DNA of 64,000 nt, from positions 105,368 to 169,367 of the forward strand of contig DATION010000002.1 in assembly GCA_035473115.1 (NCBI GenBank), written 5' to 3'. The notes under the pieces are model-generated. The model searched no databases, was not told where the DNA came from, and saw nothing but the letters and a program-made list of their open reading frames with translations. Of this stretch, positions 20,175-30,352 are shown piece by piece. The stretch is from Candidatus Udaeobacter sp. (GTDB lineage Bacteria > Patescibacteriota > Patescibacteriia > Magasanikbacterales > GWA2-37-8). Both the position numbers and the translations under genes were made by a program. Positions within the stretch are counted from its first letter, which is position 1. The number at the start of each line of letters is the position of its first letter.

Positions 20175-21638
20175 TTATTTATTTTCCGGTTTTAAAAGAG
20201 GAAAAAGTATGACTTCTTTTAAGTTATGAGCGTCAACCAGTAGTTTTACCAATCTATCTATGCCCATGCCTAAACCGGCTGTCGGCGGCATACCGTGTTT
20301 AAGAGCTGTAATATAGTCTTCATCATAAGGCATGCTTTCTTTGTCTCCCTCAGTTCCTAAACGTTCCTGTTCTTTAAATCTAGTTTCTTGATCTAACGGA
20401 TCATTTAATTCCGAAAAACCGTTGCATAATTCATTTCCGCCTACGCAAACCAACTGCATACGTTCAACATATTTTGGATTGTCTGCTTTTCTTTTTGCCA
20501 AAGGAGAAAGCTCAACCGGATGGTCAATCATAAAAACAGGATTGATAATATTCGGCCGAGCAAAAGTTTTGTATATTTCATCAACCATTTTTCCGTAGCC
20601 AGTTTTAGCGTCAATGCCTTCTATGTTTAATTTTTTAACTTTGGCGTATAAAGATTTTTGGTCTGGGAATTCTTCAATATCCATCTTGGCGTATTCTTTA
20701 ATTATTTCCCGCATAGTTTTGCGAGGGTAAGGCGGCGTAAAATCCACCTCTTGGTCTTGAACTTTGAATTTTAACGGTAAAGAAGCTGCGCGAATAACTT
20801 TTGGCAGCAGATCTTCTATCAAATTCATTAAATCGTTATAATCGGCATAAGCCCAATAAAATTCTATCTGGGTAAATTCCGGATTGTGATTATTGTCTAT
20901 GCCTTCGTTACGAAAACATTTGGCTACTTCATAGACCTTTTCAAAACCGCCCACAATCAGGCGTTTTAGGTACAATTCCGGAGCGATTCTAAGATAAAGC
21001 GGAATATCTAAAGCGTTATGATGAGTTTTAAATGGTTCAGCCGAAGCTCCACCGTATAAGCTTTGCAAAACCGGAGTTTCAACTTCAAAAAAACCTTTAT
21101 CATCAAAGTATTTTCTTATCTCTCGAACCATAACACTGCGAGTTTTGGCAATATGCACGGAACTCTCATTGGCAATCAGATCCAGGTATCTTTGTCTATA
21201 CCTGGTTTCTGTATCAGCTAATCCGTGAAACTTTTCCGGTAAAGGCAAAAGAGATTTAGACAAAATTGTGAATTTTTTTACCAAAATACTTAATTCCCCT
21301 TTGTGAGTTGTAAAAATCTCGCCGCTAACATGGAGAAAATCACCCAGATCAAAATATTTTGTAAATAGTTTATACTGCTCTTTACCCAATTCTTTTTCAG
21401 AAAAAACAACTTGCATTCTGCCGCTTTCATCTTTTAGATGAGAAAAAGATATTTTCCCCATCTCTCTTTTTGAGATTAAGCGACCAACTGCTTTTACTTC
21501 CGACTTTTCCGGCTTGGCCAAAGCTTCTTTAATGGAGATTTTTTCTTCGGTGTGGCTCGGATAAGTTTCTATGCCTAAAGAGAGCAGATGATTTAAGCGC
21601 TCTAACCTCATTATATCTTCTCTGATTTCGTTTGTCAT
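20175..21638 (-). CDS. lysS: Lysyl-tRNA synthetase, class II
   Basis: OB-fold anticodon-binding N-terminus and class II motifs 1-3. Confidence 0.9.
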   Translation of the reverse strand: MTNEIREDIMRLERLNHLLSLGIETYPSHTEEKISIKEALAKPEKSEVKAVGRLISKREMGKISFSHLKDESGRMQVVFSEKELGKEQYKLFTKYFDLGDFLHVSGEIFTTHKGELSILVKKFTILSKSLLPLPEKFHGLADTETRYRQRYLDLIANESSVHIAKTRSVMVREIRKYFDDKGFFEVETPVLQSLYGGASAEPFKTHHNALDIPLYLRIAPELYLKRLIVGGFEKVYEVAKCFRNEGIDNNHNPEFTQIEFYWAYADYNDLMNLIEDLLPKVIRAASLPLKFKVQDQEVDFTPPYPRKTMREIIKEYAKMDIEEFPDQKSLYAKVKKLNIEGIDAKTGYGKMVDEIYKTFARPNIINPVFMIDHPVELSPLAKRKADNPKYVERMQLVCVGGNELCNGFSELNDPLDQETRFKEQERLGTEGDKESMPYDEDYITALKHGMPPTAGLGMGIDRLVKLLVDAHNLKEVILFPLLKPENK

Positions 21639-21657
21639 AATAAAAACAAGATTTGTT

Positions 21658-22128
21658 TTATTTAATTTCTAAAACTTCATAAATCTGTGTTCCAGCCGGT
21701 GTTTTGACAGAAATTTTATCGCCAATTTTATGTCCTAAGAAGGCTTCGCCGAGCGGAGATTCATTAGAAATTTTTCCTTGCAAAGGATCGGCTTCACGCG
21801 GACCAACAATAGTATATAGCTTTGTTTTGGCATTATTTTTAACTGTAATACTATTACCTACCGCGACTACTCCTTGAGTTTTTTTTGAAGATTCTACAAC
21901 TTTAGCGTGATCCAAAAGATATTGCAATTCTTGCAAACGCCCTTGTGCCCAAGCCATCTCTTCTTTGGCTTGCTGATACTCGGCATTTTCCGATAGATCG
22001 CCTTGCTGTTTGGCTTCATCAATAAGATTAGCTATGTCGGGTATTTTTCTATCTTTTAATTCTTCAAATTCTTTTTTTAAATCAGCCAAACCTTGCGGGG
22101 TTAAATATTGAACTTCTTCGTCGGTCAT
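21658..22128 (-). CDS. greA: Transcription elongation factor GreA
   Basis: Coiled-coil N-terminus with acidic tip and an FKBP-like C-terminus. 156 aa. Confidence 0.9.
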   Translation of the reverse strand: MTDEEVQYLTPQGLADLKKEFEELKDRKIPDIANLIDEAKQQGDLSENAEYQQAKEEMAWAQGRLQELQYLLDHAKVVESSKKTQGVVAVGNSITVKNNAKTKLYTIVGPREADPLQGKISNESPLGEAFLGHKIGDKISVKTPAGTQIYEVLEIK

Positions 22129-22195
22129 ATTTGTAGTTTAATTTATCAGGTAATTATAAAGGAAAGTATATCATAAAAAAAGCAGAAGTCAAAGC

Positions 22196-24163
22196 TTAAT
22201 TTGCGTATTTTTTACCCCACCAAGTCAGAAAATCACGAGCTACCGGTTCGGCCACCACACTTCCCTCAACCCCCTCCTCTACCAGCACCGTGACCACTAT
22301 TTTAGGTGATTCAAATGGAGCAAAAGATGTAAACCAAGCATGATTATCTTTGGTTGCGTTCCATTGAGCAGTTCCGGTTTTGCCGCCGCTGGCAAAAGGT
22401 AAACTTTTCATCATTTGGCAGCTGCCATAAGTTACGCAGTCCTTCATACCTTGGCGAACTATTGCTAAATTTTCAGCTGAGACCGGAACGGTACGCTTAT
22501 TAAAATTTAAAGGAATTTCATTGTGGGTTTTTGGTTCTTCCAGGTTATTTGCCAGATGAGGCTGCACTACAGTGCCACCATTGGCCACAATAGCAGTCCA
22601 AAGAGCTACCTGAAGCGGTGTTACCAGTAAATCTCCTTGGCCAATAGAAAGATTGTAAGTATCGCCAACAAACCAGGTTTCTCCTTTAGTTTTATATTTC
22701 CATTCCTTGCTGGGCGCAAATCCGGTAGCTTCTCCGGTTAAATCAACTCCAGTTTTTTGAGCAATGCCAAAATATTGCATATATTTTACAATGCGGTCGA
22801 TGCCCAAACCAATGAAATTTTCATAGCCACCACCAACATAATAGAAAAAAGTATTTACTGACCAAGCTAAGGCTTTGCCAACATTGGTAATACCATGGCC
22901 GCCAACTTTCCAGTCTTTAAAAAAACGATCGCCAACCTGCAAACCGCCGGTACTTAAAAAAGCCGTGCTGGCATTAATTATTTTTTCTTGCAAAGCTGCC
23001 GCTGAAATAATTAATTTAACGGTAGATCCGGAAGGATAGGTTCCGCCGATAGCTCTGTTAAACAACGGGTTATCCGGATTATTTGAATAATTATTATAAT
23101 TTTGCTGAGAAATTCCGCCGGAAAATTCATTGTTATCAAAAGCCGGCAAGCTTACCATAGCCAAGATAGCCCCATCGCGCGGATCCATAGCAATAGCGGC
23201 CGCTCTTTTTTTATGAGTTCTAAGTAGCATGCTACTTAATAAATTTTCTAACTTTTGTTGAGCTTCCAGATCTATAGTTAAAATTAAATTTTTTCCCGGC
23301 TGAGGCGGATCTTCTGCCAAAACTGTCTGTTCATGGCCTGAAGCATTTACTTCTATTTTTTTTATGCCGTATTTTCCCCGCAGTTCTTCTTCATAAGTTT
23401 TTTCCAGACCCGTTTTTCCAATATTATCAAAAAGCAGATAATCTTTAGATTTTAGTTTTTCGGCTTCTTCGTCGTTTAATTTTCCTAAATAACCAAGCAG
23501 ATGGGAAACGCTCAAAGTTGGATTAGCTGGGTCGTTGCCGGTAATATATTTTCGCTTACTACCCTTTTCTATGGAAATTCCCGGCAGCTGAGAGCTTTGA
23601 ATATATAATTTTAAAGCTGATTGATAATCGAGGTTTTCTTTAATAACCAAAGAAGCATAGCTGTAGGAACTATATTTTTTTAAAAGATCGGTAATTTTTT
23701 CTTTGGACACGCCGCTTAAATCAACGACTTTATTGATAATTTCTTCGCGTTTCTGTAAATCACGAGGCAAGTCTTGAGGAATAATTGTCAAAGAAAAATT
23801 AGGCACATTTTCGACTAATTCTGTGTGGAACTTATCAAAAATAATGCCTCTTTCCGAAAATATCGGCTGCAGGCGAATTCTATTGCCTTCGGCTAGATCT
23901 CGGTAATAACCGCCCCGAAAAATTTGCAAAAAACAGCTTCTGCCAAAAATAATTGCTAGTCCAATTATAGCAATAACACTCATTGCAAAGATTTTATTCT
24001 TAGCGATGCTCGTGCCTAAATAATTTTTGGTATGCGCCAAAGGAACTTGTTTCCCAGTTTTGTCTTCAAAATTAAAAGATTCTTCTATCCAGTCACGGCT
24101 ATACTTGCCTTTTAAACCTCCATAAGGGCTTTTCTCATCTATGATGTTAAATAAATTAGCCAT
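22196..24163 (-). CDS. mrdA: Penicillin-binding protein 2 (peptidoglycan D,D-transpeptidase)
   Basis: N-terminal transmembrane helix and dimerisation domain. Transpeptidase motifs SGSTVK and KTGT. Sits immediately next to mreBCD. Confidence 0.85.
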   Translation of the reverse strand: MANLFNIIDEKSPYGGLKGKYSRDWIEESFNFEDKTGKQVPLAHTKNYLGTSIAKNKIFAMSVIAIIGLAIIFGRSCFLQIFRGGYYRDLAEGNRIRLQPIFSERGIIFDKFHTELVENVPNFSLTIIPQDLPRDLQKREEIINKVVDLSGVSKEKITDLLKKYSSYSYASLVIKENLDYQSALKLYIQSSQLPGISIEKGSKRKYITGNDPANPTLSVSHLLGYLGKLNDEEAEKLKSKDYLLFDNIGKTGLEKTYEEELRGKYGIKKIEVNASGHEQTVLAEDPPQPGKNLILTIDLEAQQKLENLLSSMLLRTHKKRAAAIAMDPRDGAILAMVSLPAFDNNEFSGGISQQNYNNYSNNPDNPLFNRAIGGTYPSGSTVKLIISAAALQEKIINASTAFLSTGGLQVGDRFFKDWKVGGHGITNVGKALAWSVNTFFYYVGGGYENFIGLGIDRIVKYMQYFGIAQKTGVDLTGEATGFAPSKEWKYKTKGETWFVGDTYNLSIGQGDLLVTPLQVALWTAIVANGGTVVQPHLANNLEEPKTHNEIPLNFNKRTVPVSAENLAIVRQGMKDCVTYGSCQMMKSLPFASGGKTGTAQWNATKDNHAWFTSFAPFESPKIVVTVLVEEGVEGSVVAEPVARDFLTWWGKKYAN

Positions 24164-24698
24164 AGATGATTTCTGTTTTTATTCGTCTAATTCTTAAACT
24201 TCTAAAAAGTTTTGTAATAATAAAGTAAAATAAGAATAAAACTAAAGACGAGAGCAGTACTTCCCAAGCCAAATCTTTAGCAATTTCTTGGTATGACAGA
24301 GATTCGTGATGCAGGAAATAATTGCTTACAGTTAAAAATATCACAAATAGAAATCGGTAAAGAGCTGTTCCTAGCGCCAAAGAAAGAAAAACCATATATT
24401 CTGATCGGTTGGTAATAATATTGACTTGAAACCAGCTAATTATGAGCAGCGCCCCAATAGTTGCCGCTATATTAATTCCAAACGGAATAGCATTGAACAG
24501 TTCGGAAAAATAAGAGACCGCTAAGCTGAGCCAGATGATTTTCTGAGTTTGATTGATTGTAAAAAATAATAAAAGCGAAGAGAAAGCGATGTTTAGATGA
24601 TTGAAAGGAAATGGCAAAAAATTTATGACAAAAATATGTATTACCAAAATTGATAAAACAGAAATAAAAAATAAGAATGTTTTCCAGAGCAGCTTCAT
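24156..24698 (-). CDS. mreD: Rod shape-determining protein MreD (polytopic membrane protein)
   Basis: Five predicted transmembrane helices. Position directly after mreC. Confidence 0.5.
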   Translation of the reverse strand: MKLLWKTFLFFISVLSILVIHIFVINFLPFPFNHLNIAFSSLLLFFTINQTQKIIWLSLAVSYFSELFNAIPFGINIAATIGALLIISWFQVNIITNRSEYMVFLSLALGTALYRFLFVIFLTVSNYFLHHESLSYQEIAKDLAWEVLLSSLVLFLFYFIITKLFRSLRIRRIKTEIIYG

Positions 24699-24704
24699 AG
24701 CTTA

Positions 24705-25505
24705 TTAACTTGGAATTAAAACGCTAACAATTATGAGTTTGGATAAATCGGTGGCTGTTGTTAAAACCGCCTGCTGAAACGGCTGGTAGGCTTCATTTTC
24801 CGCAATTGCCACTTCACCAATCAGCAATCCGCGCGGAATGTTTTCTTCTAAACCGGAAGTGATAATTTGATCGCCGACAAGCACAGTTTCGTTTCTAGGT
24901 ATAAAGTTCATGCGCACGCTTAGGCCATAACCGCCTTCAACTACCCCCAAACTACCGTCTTTATTTAAAATGGTTGCTCCAACTTTGCTTTGATTGTCAT
25001 TTATCAAGCGAACCATGGAAATATTTTTTTCTACTTTGGCAATGGTGCCAATCAAAATGCCGTCACTAACTATGACCGGCTGGCCAAATTTTATACCTTC
25101 CGCTTCGCCCACGTTTATGATTACCATTTTCTCTACGCTGTCGGCGCTTTGTCCGACCACATCGGCGGTTACATTAGTAAAATTATGCCGATGAAAAAAT
25201 TGCAGCTGTTTTCTTAATTCAATATTCTCTTTTTCCAGATCTTTTAATTTTGCTTCACCTATTTCGGAAGTTTTATTTTTTTCCAAACAGCTATTATAGT
25301 CGTTAGCCATCGCTTTTTGATTGGAAAAATAACTATAAAAATCTTGCGAAGCTATCCGCCAGTGATTGATTTTGGTAGAAATAGGAATAGTTAGAGCGAA
25401 AACGCCGCGTTCTATCGGGTTGAGCCAGCCTAAATAATGAACAAAAATAAATAATAAAAATATAAACCCTAAAAACAGATAATTTTTAGTTTTGAAATGA
25501 AGCAT
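24705..25505 (-). CDS. mreC: Rod shape-determining protein MreC
   Basis: N-terminal transmembrane helix, a coiled coil, then a beta-rich domain. Position between mreB and mreD. Confidence 0.75.
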   Translation of the reverse strand: MLHFKTKNYLFLGFIFLLFIFVHYLGWLNPIERGVFALTIPISTKINHWRIASQDFYSYFSNQKAMANDYNSCLEKNKTSEIGEAKLKDLEKENIELRKQLQFFHRHNFTNVTADVVGQSADSVEKMVIINVGEAEGIKFGQPVIVSDGILIGTIAKVEKNISMVRLINDNQSKVGATILNKDGSLGVVEGGYGLSVRMNFIPRNETVLVGDQIITSGLEENIPRGLLIGEVAIAENEAYQPFQQAVLTTATDLSKLIIVSVLIPS

Positions 25506-25535
25506 AATTTTTTGCTTACTTAATAGCTAGAAAAT

Positions 25536-26573
25536 TTATATCTTATTTTTGGTAGCTATTTCATTTAACAATTCGTCATCATCCAGAAGCAGACCCGTTC
25601 CTCGAACTACGGAAGTTAGCGGATCATCGGCAATACGAACCGGAATTTCTATAGCTCGGCTGATTAACTGATCAAAACCGCGCAGCAAGGCTCCACCGCC
25701 CGATAGAACTATTCCCCGTTCGTGAATATCAGCCACTAATTCCGGCGGAGTAATTTCTAGAACACCTTTAATGTTTTCGATTATGGTCCGCAGTGATTTG
25801 GTGAGCGCTTCTCTAACCTGAGTATCATCGATCATTATTTCTTTTGGCAAACCAGTAACCAAATCTCGGCCGCGCATCGGGAAATGCATTGATTCGTTAA
25901 GTTCAATAGCCGAACCAATTTTTATTTTGATTTCTTCAGCCTGTTTTTCTCCCAAAAGAAGATTAAATTTATCGCGAGCGTATTGGATAATACTGCGATT
26001 TAATTCGTCTCCAGCCACTGGAATTGAACGCCAAACAACAATGCCGCTCAAAGAAATAACTGCGATTTCAGTAGTTCCGCCGCCAACTTCAACTATAAAA
26101 TTGCCGACCGGTTCGCGGATAGGCATACGAGCACCAATAGCCGCAGCCATCGGTTCTTGCACCACAATCACTTCTCTAGCACCGGCATTTATCACTGCAT
26201 CATGAATCGCTTTTAATTCAACTTCGGTAATTTCCATTGGCGCTCCCACCACCACTCTGGGGCGGGTCATAAAATTCATGCTGTCTTCATAAACTTTATC
26301 AATAAAATGTTTAAGCATTTTTTCGGTTACTTCAAAATCAGAAATAATTCCGCTTATCAGCGGACGAGTGGTAAGAATATGAGGCGGAGTTTTGCCAAGC
26401 ATTTCTTTGGCTTCGTTGCCAACGGCCAAAATTTGTTCAGTTTTGGTGTTTACGGCCACCACGCTTGGTTCGTTGATAATTATTCCCCTGCCCTTAACAT
26501 AGACCAGCGTGTTGGCAGTGCCAAGGTCGATACCAATATCTTTTCTTAATTTTTCTAAAAATTTTTCAAACAT
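25536..26573 (-). CDS. mreB: Rod shape-determining protein MreB (actin-like ATPase)
   Basis: DLGTANTLVYV and actin-fold phosphate and adenosine motifs. The start was set at the internal Met at 26573, which gives a canonical N-terminus. Confidence 0.9.
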   Translation of the reverse strand: MFEKFLEKLRKDIGIDLGTANTLVYVKGRGIIINEPSVVAVNTKTEQILAVGNEAKEMLGKTPPHILTTRPLISGIISDFEVTEKMLKHFIDKVYEDSMNFMTRPRVVVGAPMEITEVELKAIHDAVINAGAREVIVVQEPMAAAIGARMPIREPVGNFIVEVGGGTTEIAVISLSGIVVWRSIPVAGDELNRSIIQYARDKFNLLLGEKQAEEIKIKIGSAIELNESMHFPMRGRDLVTGLPKEIMIDDTQVREALTKSLRTIIENIKGVLEITPPELVADIHERGIVLSGGGALLRGFDQLISRAIEIPVRIADDPLTSVVRGTGLLLDDDELLNEIATKNKI

Positions 26574-26574
26574 G

Positions 26575-26976
26575 TTATTTGGTAAAATCTCGGTTATTAT
26601 ATTTCCTGTTGGTAAAAATAATTCCTTCGATGGCGACAAATAAAAGGATTAACAAAATTCCATTCCACCAGGCCAGCAGTTTCATCTGTAATAAAATTAA
26701 GCCAGAAATAATTGCACCTGCTGCCAGCATTCCCTGTCTAAAGGTGCTTTTAACATGATGAAAAACAATCTGATCGCTCTTTAGGATAATTTTTTTTATC
26801 AGAAATCCTATAACAGAAAAAGTTCCCGCTAGCGCCAAAAATAAGCTGGTATAAAAAAATATAAAACCAAAAAATCCGGACTGCTGCGGATCGATATTTC
26901 CCAAAACAAATAACCAGGCCAACCAGCAGATTAGGGCTCCGATTGACATTAAAATAAGGTATAACCGTAAAGTCAT
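26575..26976 (-). CDS. Small hypothetical membrane protein (3-4 transmembrane helices)
   Basis: 133-aa hydrophobic ORF. No family recognised. Confidence 0.4.
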   Translation of the reverse strand: MTLRLYLILMSIGALICWLAWLFVLGNIDPQQSGFFGFIFFYTSLFLALAGTFSVIGFLIKKIILKSDQIVFHHVKSTFRQGMLAAGAIISGLILLQMKLLAWWNGILLILLFVAIEGIIFTNRKYNNRDFTK

Positions 26977-27024
26977 AGTCAGTTTATTTTAGTCTTATTT
27001 TAGAGGTTTGGCAAGAGAACCTTT

Positions 27025-27351
27025 TTAGGCTAAATATCTGATTTTTTCAACAGTTTGAGCGCCTAATTTGGTGTTTAGAACAGAGAGAAAATTTTTTTCA
27101 TTTAAACGTATTTCTTGAGCCATTACTGAACTTAAACATGTGATGCTAATAGTACGGTCTTTAAAATAAATGGCCTGAGCAAACTTTTTGGATTCTAAAC
27201 CAAAAATTTCTTGCAATGTTTCATTAGCTTTTTCAACAATAACTGAAGCTTCCAGCTGTTTCCAACCTGTAGTTTGCTTCATCTGTTTTTTTAAAATTTC
27301 TCCCAATGATTTCATCATAAAATATAATAAAATTAAGCCCTGAACTGGCAA
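27025..27351 (-). CDS. DUF721/DciA-like protein
   Basis: C-terminal pattern ISITCLSSVMAQEI...LNTKLGAQTV..IRY matches the DUF721 hallmark L.V.V.SSAWAQEL...LN..LG. The true start may be the Met at 27318, which avoids overlap with the helicase stop. Confidence 0.45.
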   Translation of the reverse strand: MPVQGLILLYFMMKSLGEILKKQMKQTTGWKQLEASVIVEKANETLQEIFGLESKKFAQAIYFKDRTISITCLSSVMAQEIRLNEKNFLSVLNTKLGAQTVEKIRYLA

Positions 27352-30287
27352 ATATCTTTGAAATCACAGTGTTTACAGATCTGCGGGCTGGGCGTGGCGG
27401 CAAAGTTGCCGGAATGAATTTCGGTAATGGTATTTATGATCTTTTCTTTGAGCTTATCTGTTTCTTTGGGCGTACCCAAAAATGACACTTTAACATTTTC
27501 GTTTAAATAAAAATAGGTCAATTTGCCGGGCTGGCCGATATTATTATACTCAGGCAGCTGATTAACGGCAATTTGATAAATGAGCAACTGATCTTTGTCT
27601 TCGCCCTCTACTTTTTCTTTGACTGTACCGGTTTTATAATCAATGATTTCCAAACTGCCATCAGGCATCTGGTCTATACGGTCAATGCGTCCGTGTAGCA
27701 GATAATCGCCGATTTTTATCTTAAACCAGCCTTCCAAAGAAACGGGAATGCTCCAGTTGTCTTTTTCTGTATTATAAAAAGCGCGTAAAATCTCCTTACC
27801 CATTTTGTAATACTCTTCTCTTTGCGTTTTGGAAGTATACCAATCCTCTATCCAGGACTGATCATAAAACGATAATAATTCATCCAAAGTCGGAGCTTTG
27901 GTGCCGTTAGCGCTGGCAATTTGCGGTTTTTCAGGCAAAGAAAAAAGCGACGGCTGACTAATACTGTTTAGTTCTTTTAGGCGCTCATAAAATTTCTGCA
28001 TTGTGCTGTGCATGCTCTGGCCAAAACTAAAACTGGCACTGCCTTTGGTAGGTATTTTTAAAATATGACCAAGTTTGTATTGATACGGACAAGTGCGATA
28101 AGATTTTATCTGCGAAAAAGAAAAAGCTTTCGGCAATTCGTAAATAAATTCAGCTTTATTTTCAGATACCGCTTTGGCGGAAGCGGATACTGCCAGATTT
28201 ATTTTTTGTTTTACAGATTCCTCTGCTTCGGCTTGCCCAGCGGTAAAACCAAGTTCCGGCAAGAATCGGGAAATTTTTTTGCCTCTTACGCCGCCGTAAT
28301 CATCGGCGCTAGTAAGATACAAACGTTCTTTGGCTCTAGTCATGGCCACATAAAACAAACGCCGTTCTTCCTGGATATGGCTATCCCCTTCCGGCAATTG
28401 TTCTTTTATCAAAGCAGCGGGAATTTCAATGGCTTCACCGCGGCGGCGAGACGGAAATCTGTCTTCTACCAGATTTACTACAAAAACATATTTGAATTCT
28501 AAACCTTTTGATTTATGAGCGGTAATAATATTTACCGAATCTGGCGTATCAACTGGTTGATATAACGAACCCAAATCGCCTGATTCCATGACATAATTAA
28601 AATTTTCCAAAAAATTAGCTACCGTTGCTCCCGCAGTTACGCTTTCGTAGTTATTGATATATTCAAAAAATTCTTTGAGCTGATAAATTTGACGAATAAC
28701 TTCCCGATTATGATTTAATTCTTCTTTAGTTAAATATTCTAACAAACCACTTTCTTCTAAAAAATGAAATAATACCAAAGTTGGCTTTTCCTGTTTGGCA
28801 TTCTGCAATCCGGAATGGATTAAACTCAGTAATTTAGTGGCAATAGCTTGGCCATGCTGGGACAGACCAAATTCAGCCGCTCGTTTGAGTGCCTCGTAGT
28901 AAGTAATAGTTTTTTTCTTGGCGTTATAAGTGATTTTCTGCAAGTCATGTTCATCTACCTTCCAAAAAGGCATGCTTAGCAGTCGGTAAATAGAGGTTGA
29001 TTCCAGGTAATTATGCAGTACCTTAAAAAAGTTAATACAGTCCAAAACCAAAGGCTGGCGATACAGACCGGAAGCAGCTAAAAATTCATATGGGATACCG
29101 GCTTTTTCCAAAGCGGAAATAAACGGCTCACTGTGGCCATTAGCCCGTACTAAAATAGCAAAATCATCCCAAACAATGTCTTTGTTAATTTCTTTAATTT
29201 TTATAATTTCTTTAATGACACTGCCAACTTCTTCATCTAAAGTAGCACAATGGATATGCGCCACACTCTGTTTGTTGGTTTTTTTGGTTTGGGCCACCAA
29301 TCTTTTATCAACATTTAATTTTATTTCCAGCCGATCCGGATTATTATTTTGAATGAGTTTGTACGCGTAATCCAAAATATTTTTATCGGAACGATAATTT
29401 TCATTTAAAACAATTTCTTTTGCTTTAGGAAAATCGTCTTTGAAACGCAAAATATTAGAAACTGAAGCTCCGCGAAAAGCGTAAATGCTTTGATCATCAT
29501 CCCCTACTACTGTAAGTTGAGAATTAGCGGATAGCATCTGCACCAATTGATATTGCGCCCAATTTACATCTTGAAATTCATCAATCAAAATATATTTAAA
29601 TCTTTTTTGCAATAATTTTAATATGCCAGGCCTTTCTTTTAAGAGTTTGATGGTATAAAAAATTAGATCGGCAAAATCCATGGCATTATTATCCAACAGT
29701 AGTTGATTATAAATATGATAGGCATTAGCAATTTCAGTTAATCGGCTTTGATCTTCAATTTCTGCACTATCTTTATTAATACTAATTTCTTCGGCATGTT
29801 TCAGGTATTCTTCCGGAGAAATTAATTCATCTTTGCATTTTTGAAAATGAGCAATTAAAGAATGAATGTGGCTGGCAGGATTGCCCAGCGGTCGATAATA
29901 ATCCAGATTAAATTTATCTAAATTTTGCCGAACTAAAAGCCAAGCGTCTACTTCTGTTAGAAGTTTAAATTTATTGCTTAAACCAATATTAAGCCCGTAT
30001 TGTTCCAAAATCTTTTGACAAAAAGAATGAAAAGTAGAAATTTGCAGATCTACATAGCCTAAGTTTATTTCTCCGTCCACTCGATCAGACATTTCTGTAG
30101 CCGCTTTTTCAGTAAAGGTCAGAGCCAAAATTTCTTCCGGCGTTGCTAGTTTTTTAGCCAAAATATAAGCAATTTTTTTGGTAATCACTGTGGTTTTGCC
30201 AGTTCCCGCTCCAGCCACAATAATCAGCGGACCACCGGTATACTCCACCGCTTCTTTTTGGGCTTTATTTAAGTTATATTCAGACAT
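27333..30287 (-). CDS. UvrD/PcrA-family helicase fused to a C-terminal RecB-family (PD-D/ExK) nuclease with a Cys cluster (AddA/AddB-like)
   Basis: Helicase motif I (AGAGTGKT) and superfamily 1A motifs. C-terminal GRIDRID...IIDYKTG nuclease motif followed by CKHCDFKDIC. Confidence 0.85.
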   Translation of the reverse strand: MSEYNLNKAQKEAVEYTGGPLIIVAGAGTGKTTVITKKIAYILAKKLATPEEILALTFTEKAATEMSDRVDGEINLGYVDLQISTFHSFCQKILEQYGLNIGLSNKFKLLTEVDAWLLVRQNLDKFNLDYYRPLGNPASHIHSLIAHFQKCKDELISPEEYLKHAEEISINKDSAEIEDQSRLTEIANAYHIYNQLLLDNNAMDFADLIFYTIKLLKERPGILKLLQKRFKYILIDEFQDVNWAQYQLVQMLSANSQLTVVGDDDQSIYAFRGASVSNILRFKDDFPKAKEIVLNENYRSDKNILDYAYKLIQNNNPDRLEIKLNVDKRLVAQTKKTNKQSVAHIHCATLDEEVGSVIKEIIKIKEINKDIVWDDFAILVRANGHSEPFISALEKAGIPYEFLAASGLYRQPLVLDCINFFKVLHNYLESTSIYRLLSMPFWKVDEHDLQKITYNAKKKTITYYEALKRAAEFGLSQHGQAIATKLLSLIHSGLQNAKQEKPTLVLFHFLEESGLLEYLTKEELNHNREVIRQIYQLKEFFEYINNYESVTAGATVANFLENFNYVMESGDLGSLYQPVDTPDSVNIITAHKSKGLEFKYVFVVNLVEDRFPSRRRGEAIEIPAALIKEQLPEGDSHIQEERRLFYVAMTRAKERLYLTSADDYGGVRGKKISRFLPELGFTAGQAEAEESVKQKINLAVSASAKAVSENKAEFIYELPKAFSFSQIKSYRTCPYQYKLGHILKIPTKGSASFSFGQSMHSTMQKFYERLKELNSISQPSLFSLPEKPQIASANGTKAPTLDELLSFYDQSWIEDWYTSKTQREEYYKMGKEILRAFYNTEKDNWSIPVSLEGWFKIKIGDYLLHGRIDRIDQMPDGSLEIIDYKTGTVKEKVEGEDKDQLLIYQIAVNQLPEYNNIGQPGKLTYFYLNENVKVSFLGTPKETDKLKEKIINTITEIHSGNFAATPSPQICKHCDFKDICQFRA

Positions 30288-30352
30288 AATTTATCTAAAA
30301 AACAGCCTGTTTTGGCTGCTCCTAGTATAGTATAGACCCTTGGCTTTTTCAA

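Noticed and set aside
24990-26549. Several + strand ORFs (66-92 aa) inside mreC and mreB, and similar antisense ORFs inside the atp genes, the UvrD gene, tkt and thiI
   Set aside because: All are antisense to strongly supported genes, and none has a recognisable motif.
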